From an uncultured virus (IMG/VR IMGVR_UViG_3300032307_000587) (Duplodnaviria > Heunggongvirae > Uroviricota > Caudoviricetes): a stretch of 20,000 bases of DNA. The notes beneath the pieces were generated by a model. It was not told the origin of the DNA. It was given only the letters and a program-made list of their open reading frames with translations, and did no database searches. The stretch lies in the IMG/VR virus record IMGVR_UViG_3300032307_000587; one strand, 5' to 3'. The position numbers and the translations under genes are program-made. This document shows positions 15,576 through 20,000 of this stretch, one piece after another (the stretch's first letter is position 1; each line of letters starts with the position of its first letter).

Positions 15576-15593
15576 ATTTTTAAAATTTAATTT

Positions 15594-15794
15594 TTATTTC
15601 CACTTTTTAATTCTATCTCTTTGTTTCTCCCATTGTCTAATCTCTTTTCTATTGTTCAGGTATTGAAAAAATAACCAACTATCTTTACTTCTTTTAATGA
15701 TATAAGACATTAGCAAAAACAATGACCCAATAAACGCCGAAATGACTAATAGCCAAAATAAAACAAACCCTACCCAATAATATATTACTTCCAT
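15594..15794 (-). CDS. small membrane protein
   Basis: N-terminal hydrophobic stretch YYWVGFVLFWLLVISAFIGSLFLLMSYII, basic tail. Confidence 0.7.
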   Translation of the reverse strand: MEVIYYWVGFVLFWLLVISAFIGSLFLLMSYIIKRSKDSWLFFQYLNNRKEIRQWEKQRDRIKKWK

Positions 15795-16135
15795 AATGTT
15801 TCAAAATAAAATTTACCATTCCACAATTTATATTTAATTGAACCCATTTTCATAGCTACTTGCATTTTAGTTTTGCTTTTAAATAAATATTCCAACTTCT
15901 CATTCAGCATTTTGTGTAACTGACCTCTATAACCCTCCAAATCAGTATGGCACTTGTATGTATTACAGTCCTTGCAACTTGGATTTAAGTTCGCTAAATC
16001 CTCTGTTCCGCCAAATATTTTTGGAGTGATGTGGTCAACGTGCCAACCTTTTGTTAATTCAACACCACAATAAGCGCATTTGCAATCATACTTATTGAAA
16101 ACAATATTTCTTATTTCTTTTTTACTATTCATCAT
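15785..16135 (-). CDS. HNH endonuclease
   Basis: CAYCG...WHVDHITPK..GGT.DLANL.PSCKDCN.YK. Confidence 0.9.
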   Translation of the reverse strand: MMNSKKEIRNIVFNKYDCKCAYCGVELTKGWHVDHITPKIFGGTEDLANLNPSCKDCNTYKCHTDLEGYRGQLHKMLNEKLEYLFKSKTKMQVAMKMGSIKYKLWNGKFYFETLWK

Positions 16136-16346
16136 TTTTTTGTTTAATATTTACTTCTTCTTCTGTATTTACAAGAATCCATTCACTTTCCATAATAACA
16201 TATTTACAAGAAATGCAATGATGCACAAAGTTATAAAACGGCATTGTATGATAAACTGTTGCCATTTGTCTTTTTCCGCACTCAGGACATTCTATTTCCT
16301 CAATATGGCTATCTATTTTATCTTCTTTTTTCACTTCTTTCTCCAT
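16125..16346 (-). CDS. small zinc-ribbon protein
   Basis: CPECG...HCISC. Confidence 0.65.
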   Translation of the reverse strand: MEKEVKKEDKIDSHIEEIECPECGKRQMATVYHTMPFYNFVHHCISCKYVIMESEWILVNTEEEVNIKQKNDE

Positions 16347-16725
16347 GTTTAATTACGAAGTACAATGTTTCGGAATCCTCTGCACCCCATTCTATTTTGC
16401 CTAACGATACTTTTATCCCGTTATGTTTGAATCTTTTTATCCTTGTGGTATCTTCTGCGTTTGGGTATCCCCATGTCATTACATTTTCAGAAAATTCTTT
16501 AAAGGTAATTTCGCCTAATTCCAAACCTTGTTGAATCAATTTTGATGATGGATTGAATTTCCTTACAAAATAATTTTGAGTCCAAAAATACTGACTTTGT
16601 TTTTTGCCATTGAATAGTAAAAGACGTGAACACCAATAAGGGGTAATATTTCTATAATCTTCTGTTTTAAAATTAGGGTCGGTCATGGTGAACCATTTTT
16701 CGATAAGTGATAAATATAATTTCAT
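16318..16725 (-). CDS. ASCH/PUA-like domain protein
   Basis: MKLYLSLIEKWF.M.....KTEDYR.ITPYW.SRL, GYP, G..EWGAE....YFVIK.G; start reassigned to 16725. Confidence 0.65.
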   Translation of the reverse strand: MKLYLSLIEKWFTMTDPNFKTEDYRNITPYWCSRLLLFNGKKQSQYFWTQNYFVRKFNPSSKLIQQGLELGEITFKEFSENVMTWGYPNAEDTTRIKRFKHNGIKVSLGKIEWGAEDSETLYFVIKHGERSEKRR

Positions 16726-16726
16726 G

Positions 16727-17266
16727 TTATTTATAAGGGTTAAATTCTTCTGAAACTGAGATTGCCAAACCTTTTTCAATAAGGTTGTGGATGTCGATTT
16801 TCCATTCGTATAGTTTTTGTATTGTTCTATATGGCAATTCGATTAACTCATTCTTATCAAACATTAATGTCATTGCTAAGTCTTTTTCTTCGCCATAACC
16901 TAATTTTTCAATAGGCACAAAAACCAAATCTTCTCTAAATTCAGTTAGTGAGGATATGGGGAATAAGATTGGTTTAACTTCGCTCAAAAACACATCATCC
17001 TCTTCAAAGCCTAAACTTGATTGTAGCTGACCTAAAAAATAACTACCATCTTCCCACATTATTTGTGGGTTATTTTGATAAAAATATGAATTAATATATT
17101 CGCCTAAATGATTTTTAAGTTCTTTTTCATCTAAAAAAGGTATAGCTAATCTAAAAGGTTCATTTTCCATAATAGATTCATAACGCTCTGATTCTAATGG
17201 TAAAGAGTATTTCAAACCATAAGGCAAATAGCCAACTATGTGTTTTAATTCTAATTGTTCTTTCAT
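16727..17266 (-). CDS. phage protein, 'YLPYGLK...KPIL.P.S...LIEKGLAI' family, paralog 1
   Basis: Conserved N-terminal, central and C-terminal blocks shared with the next two genes. Confidence 0.8.
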   Translation of the reverse strand: MKEQLELKHIVGYLPYGLKYSLPLESERYESIMENEPFRLAIPFLDEKELKNHLGEYINSYFYQNNPQIMWEDGSYFLGQLQSSLGFEEDDVFLSEVKPILFPISSLTEFREDLVFVPIEKLGYGEEKDLAMTLMFDKNELIELPYRTIQKLYEWKIDIHNLIEKGLAISVSEEFNPYK

Positions 17267-17267
17267 A

Positions 17268-17738
17268 TTAATTGTAAGGGTTAAAGTCTTTTGTTACTGC
17301 TATTGCCAATCCTTTTCCAATTAGGTTATGGGTGTCTATTTTCCATTCGTAAAGTTTTTGAATTACCCCAAATGGCAAATATTGAACATCATTAACAATT
17401 CCATGTTTAGACAATGATTCTAAACTTCTTATTGTTTTAATATTGCCATGCTCATATTCTACACTATCATTATCATCATCGCCTATTTCAAAATATTCAA
17501 TAGGAATAAATCCCAAATCTTTTCTAAATTCAGTTAGTGAGGATATGGGGAATAAGATTGGTTTAAAACAATTTACTTGGACACTTTGGCTATATAAAAC
17601 ATGATTTAACCCGACTATTGTGTTTGTATATGATTGGCACTCCCAATCAATTGTTCTTGCTTTACCAAAATCATCTACCGCTTTTATGCCATAAGGCAAA
17701 TAGCCTACGATTTCTTCTAATTGTAATTGTTCTTTCAT
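17268..17738 (-). CDS. same family, paralog 2
   Basis: IVGYLPYGIK, KPILFPISSLTEFR, KLYEWKID..NLI.KGLAI..FNPY. Confidence 0.8.
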   Translation of the reverse strand: MKEQLQLEEIVGYLPYGIKAVDDFGKARTIDWECQSYTNTIVGLNHVLYSQSVQVNCFKPILFPISSLTEFRKDLGFIPIEYFEIGDDDNDSVEYEHGNIKTIRSLESLSKHGIVNDVQYLPFGVIQKLYEWKIDTHNLIGKGLAIAVTKDFNPYN

Positions 17739-17739
17739 G

Positions 17740-18201
17740 TTATTTGTAGGGGTTAAAATCTTCTGTAACTGCTATTGCTAATCCTTTTTCGATTAGTCCA
17801 AATACATCATAATGGTTTAAAAAAAAGAACTCCATAACTTCGTAAGGGGCTTGTAGAACCAACTTATCAATATTTTCGGCATCATCAAACCACGCATCGA
17901 AATAATCTTCGTAATGGACGCACCATTGCCCTATACCTAAGTATTTTTTAATATCATCAATGTTTTCGGATTCAAAGTTTGATAAAGGTTGTAAAATTGG
18001 TTTAAATTCAATTTCGTCATTATAATAAACATTGTAATCCGTATGGTTTTCGCCATTCCATCTTTCTTCGCCATTTACTAATAATGTTAAATCCATTAAT
18101 TTATCAATTCCTAATAATTCATGTACATAGTTCGCACTACTTACCATTTTCAAACCATAAGGCAAATAGCCTACAATTTCTTTTAATTCTAATTTATTCA
18201 T
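17740..18201 (-). CDS. same family, paralog 3
   Basis: IVGYLPYGLK, KPILQPLS, DVFGLIEKGLAIAVTEDFNPYK. Confidence 0.8.
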   Translation of the reverse strand: MNKLELKEIVGYLPYGLKMVSSANYVHELLGIDKLMDLTLLVNGEERWNGENHTDYNVYYNDEIEFKPILQPLSNFESENIDDIKKYLGIGQWCVHYEDYFDAWFDDAENIDKLVLQAPYEVMEFFFLNHYDVFGLIEKGLAIAVTEDFNPYK

Positions 18202-18473
18202 AATTCTGTTGCCTCCTTAATTAGTTGTTCTATACTTTCACCCGTTTTTGTACCTTTAAATGTAGGTCTTAAAAATATCAACATCTCTAACATCTCAGGT
18301 GCTTTTGATATTAGAAGAGCATTTGCTTTTGCTTTTTCATCGCAGCCAAAAACTTCTGCAAACGAGTAATCATAGTCAGTCCTTATAGACGTGCATATTA
18401 CGTTATATTTATTACGCCTTATGTTTATATGGTCTACATACCACTTCCCTTTTGTTCCTTTAAATTCGCTCAT
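18198..18473 (-). CDS. conserved phage protein ('T.G.W...ANA.LI..APE.LE.L' type)
   Basis: FKGTKGKW and KANALLISKAPEMLEML motifs. Confidence 0.7.
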   Translation of the reverse strand: MSEFKGTKGKWYVDHINIRRNKYNVICTSIRTDYDYSFAEVFGCDEKAKANALLISKAPEMLEMLIFLRPTFKGTKTGESIEQLIKEATEL

Positions 18474-18482
18474 AATATTTTT

Positions 18483-18845
18483 TTAATTATTTTTATCTAA
18501 AATTCTTTGTAATCCATCACAACAATCGGTTATTGATTTTGCCCGTTGTGAGAGCGAAACAATCATTGCTTCTATATCTTCATTCAAGTACGACACGAAA
18601 TAGCCGTTAGACGTGCTAATTATAGGTATTATGGCATTAACTCTGTAATAGTTCACTATCTTTCTTAGCCTAACATCCGTAAATTTGTTTTTAAGGTCGA
18701 AAAACTTGTTGACCCCATCAACTATCTCTTTTGCCTTAATTGGGTTATCCTTGCCTCTTTTCTTGAAGTGAGGAATAAGGTTTGTCGCCAATAGTATTTC
18801 TTCGGCTGACAATTCTTGCGTTTCTTTTTCGTGTCCGTTTATCAT
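18483..18845 (-). CDS. winged-HTH DNA-binding protein
   Basis: NPIKAKEI....TDVRLRKIVNYYR....PIISTSNGYF. Confidence 0.65.
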   Translation of the reverse strand: MINGHEKETQELSAEEILLATNLIPHFKKRGKDNPIKAKEIVDGVNKFFDLKNKFTDVRLRKIVNYYRVNAIIPIISTSNGYFVSYLNEDIEAMIVSLSQRAKSITDCCDGLQRILDKNN

Positions 18846-19045
18846 ACTGATTTTTTTATAAGTTTATTTATTCTTAATCTGTTATTAACCCTAACAAGAG
18901 CAAAAGTTTTATTTATCCTTAATCTATTATTAATCCTAATAAGAGCAAAAGTTTGCCATTTACTTAGTTTGTATCTTTTTAAAATAAATACAATCGTGTT
19001 GACATTACCCTGATTTGCAATCTTTTTAATTAGTTCGCTTCGCAT
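18842..19045 (-). CDS. small basic hypothetical protein with an internal 15-aa duplication
   Basis: TFALIRINNRLRINK / TFALVRVNNRLRINK. Confidence 0.45.
   Translation of the reverse strand: MRSELIKKIANQGNVNTIVFILKRYKLSKWQTFALIRINNRLRINKTFALVRVNNRLRINKLIKKSV
18863..18952. repeat. tandem repeat, 2 x 45 bp
   Basis: tttatttattcttaatctgttattaaccctaacaagagcaaaagt / tttatttatccttaatctattattaatcctaataagagcaaaagt. Confidence 0.9.
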
Positions 19046-19324
19046 AACTTTTATCCTTTATTTATGTAATTATTGATATTAACCTTACCAACCAATAACT
19101 ATTTTCGTTTTATCGTATGAAATTATTTTTAAATCTTTTTTGTGTAATCTTTTTGGAAGATGCCATGTTGTCCAATTGTGAGGGAAATTCAAGTAATCGT
19201 GAACAACCGAAATGTGCTTATATTTATAGATTTTAGGTTTAAATAAAAATTCATTAATAATGGCACTACTTGATTCATGTATTTTAATTTCAAAAAAATT
19301 ACGCATAACTTTTATCCTTTATTT
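19041..19324. repeat. 23-bp perfect direct repeats (19041-19063 and 19302-19324) flanking one small gene
   Basis: cgcataacttttatcctttattt occurs at both positions. Confidence 0.9.
19085..19306 (-). CDS. hypothetical protein
   Basis: 73-aa ORF between the direct repeats. Confidence 0.55.
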   Translation of the reverse strand: MRNFFEIKIHESSSAIINEFLFKPKIYKYKHISVVHDYLNFPHNWTTWHLPKRLHKKDLKIISYDKTKIVIGW

Positions 19325-19551
19325 TCTTTGTCTATGTTAAATGTATTTTCATAATATGCAGTTCCATATTCTTTAGCATCTTCAAGATTGAATTTTTCGG
19401 GCATAGCTAAATAACCTCGTGATGCTGCATTGATTATATTGTTCTTTTCCATTTCTTTTGCTTGTTCAAATATTGAAAATTGAATTTCAATATCTAAATT
19501 ATCAAGTTGTTGCTCAAACCATTCTACTGCCGTTTGTTTTTTATTACTCAT
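19312..19551 (-). CDS. small phage protein ('KQTAVEW...EQAKEMEK' type)
   Basis: KQTAVEWF, FEQAKEMEK..II.A, YYENTF motifs. Confidence 0.7.
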   Translation of the reverse strand: MSNKKQTAVEWFEQQLDNLDIEIQFSIFEQAKEMEKNNIINAASRGYLAMPEKFNLEDAKEYGTAYYENTFNIDKENKG

Positions 19552-19567
19552 ATTTTATAATTAATCA

Positions 19568-19759
19568 TTAAACATTAAGGTAGGCTACTTGATGAAACAT
19601 CCTTTTTTCAATCAACATAATAATATGAATAAGCAAATCTTCTGACTTACCTTCGTTTCCTTTACCTTCAACAATCTGAATTATCACCTTTAGGTATAGT
19701 ATAGTACCAACCATTTCATACTTAGCGTAAATCTTACCATTTATATTCAACTCTTTCAT
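19568..19759 (-). CDS. hypothetical protein
   Basis: Start reassigned to MKELNING (19759), downstream of the promoter at 19784-19813. Confidence 0.5.
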   Translation of the reverse strand: MKELNINGKIYAKYEMVGTILYLKVIIQIVEGKGNEGKSEDLLIHIIMLIEKRMFHQVAYLNV

Positions 19760-19783
19760 GTTTATTACATTATTATCCATTTG

Positions 19784-19813
19784 CAAATGTAATATTAAAA
19801 TTGACAACTACAA
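19784..19813 (-). promoter_or_regulatory. Bacteroidota sigma70-type promoter (-33 TTG, -7 TACATTTG)
   Basis: Minus strand TTGTAGTTGTCAATTTTAATATTACATTTG; 28/30 identical to 12589..12618. Confidence 0.8.
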
Positions 19814-20000
19814 AATAAATTTCAAATAATTTTCACCGACCCAAAAAAAATAATAAAACAAGGAACATCTCTTCATCATTTAACTTCATTAAATAATAAA
19901 ATAGAAACAGAGTGTCATTGTATAAGTGTTATACCTTATACTATGCACCTCTGTCCATGCACCATCATTATAGTTGTGTTGTTAATGATACACTTATCAC

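Noticed and set aside
16727..18201. Diversity-generating retroelement TR/VR pair
   Set aside because: Differences between repeats are mostly synonymous and not adenine-specific, all copies lie in intact paralogous ORFs, and there is no reverse transcriptase in the window.
7172..19013. Plus-strand ORFs within the minus-strand block (7172, 8346, 8649, 9189, 10399, 10605, 12180, 12507, 13362, 14574, 16080, 16244, 18816)
   Set aside because: Shadow ORFs of tightly packed minus-strand genes, with the F/L/S/I-rich composition typical of antisense frames.
18863..19324. CRISPR or mini-array
   Set aside because: Only two copies of each repeat; the 45-mers abut with no spacer and the 23-mers are 261 bp apart.
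1..20000. Stop-codon reassignment, as seen in some Bacteroidota phages
   Set aside because: Genes tile densely under the standard code, and TAG (6855, 7168) and TGA (8234) end genes at sensible junctions.
19920..20000. Possible structured RNA or origin (ataagtgt/acacttat and atcatta/taatgat inverted pairs)
   Set aside because: Stems are short and AT-rich and the region is cut by the window edge; no tRNA or known ncRNA features are recognisable.

Overview
AT-rich segment of a phage genome, most likely one infecting a Bacteroidota (Flavobacteriia/Cytophagia-like) host. The host call rests on TAnnTTTG promoters, A-rich leaders without Shine-Dalgarno sequences and D-S/T glycosylation motifs in a lipoprotein. 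Bases 1-6855 (+) form a late-type block: a partial GT-A glycosyltransferase, beta-rich virion-accessory or lectin-like genes (a duplicated large+small gene pair; three genes share an N-terminal (DLDF)GFG peptide) and an expanded lysis cassette (TM/coiled-coil protein, membrane-anchored DUF2272-like hydrolase, 2-TM holin, M15A peptidase endolysin). The cassette ends in an unusual PAS/PAC-coiled coil-2TM protein with no output domain, the best candidate here for an undescribed system (sensor-controlled lysis). Bases 6863-20000 (-) are a dense array of small early/accessory genes: a u-spanin-like lipoprotein, HTH proteins, a DenV-like glycosylase, HNH, ASCH and two tandem paralog families. This block carries four copies of a conserved 30-bp promoter motif and short direct repeats that flank single genes. 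All family assignments come from motif recognition by eye; no database search was run.
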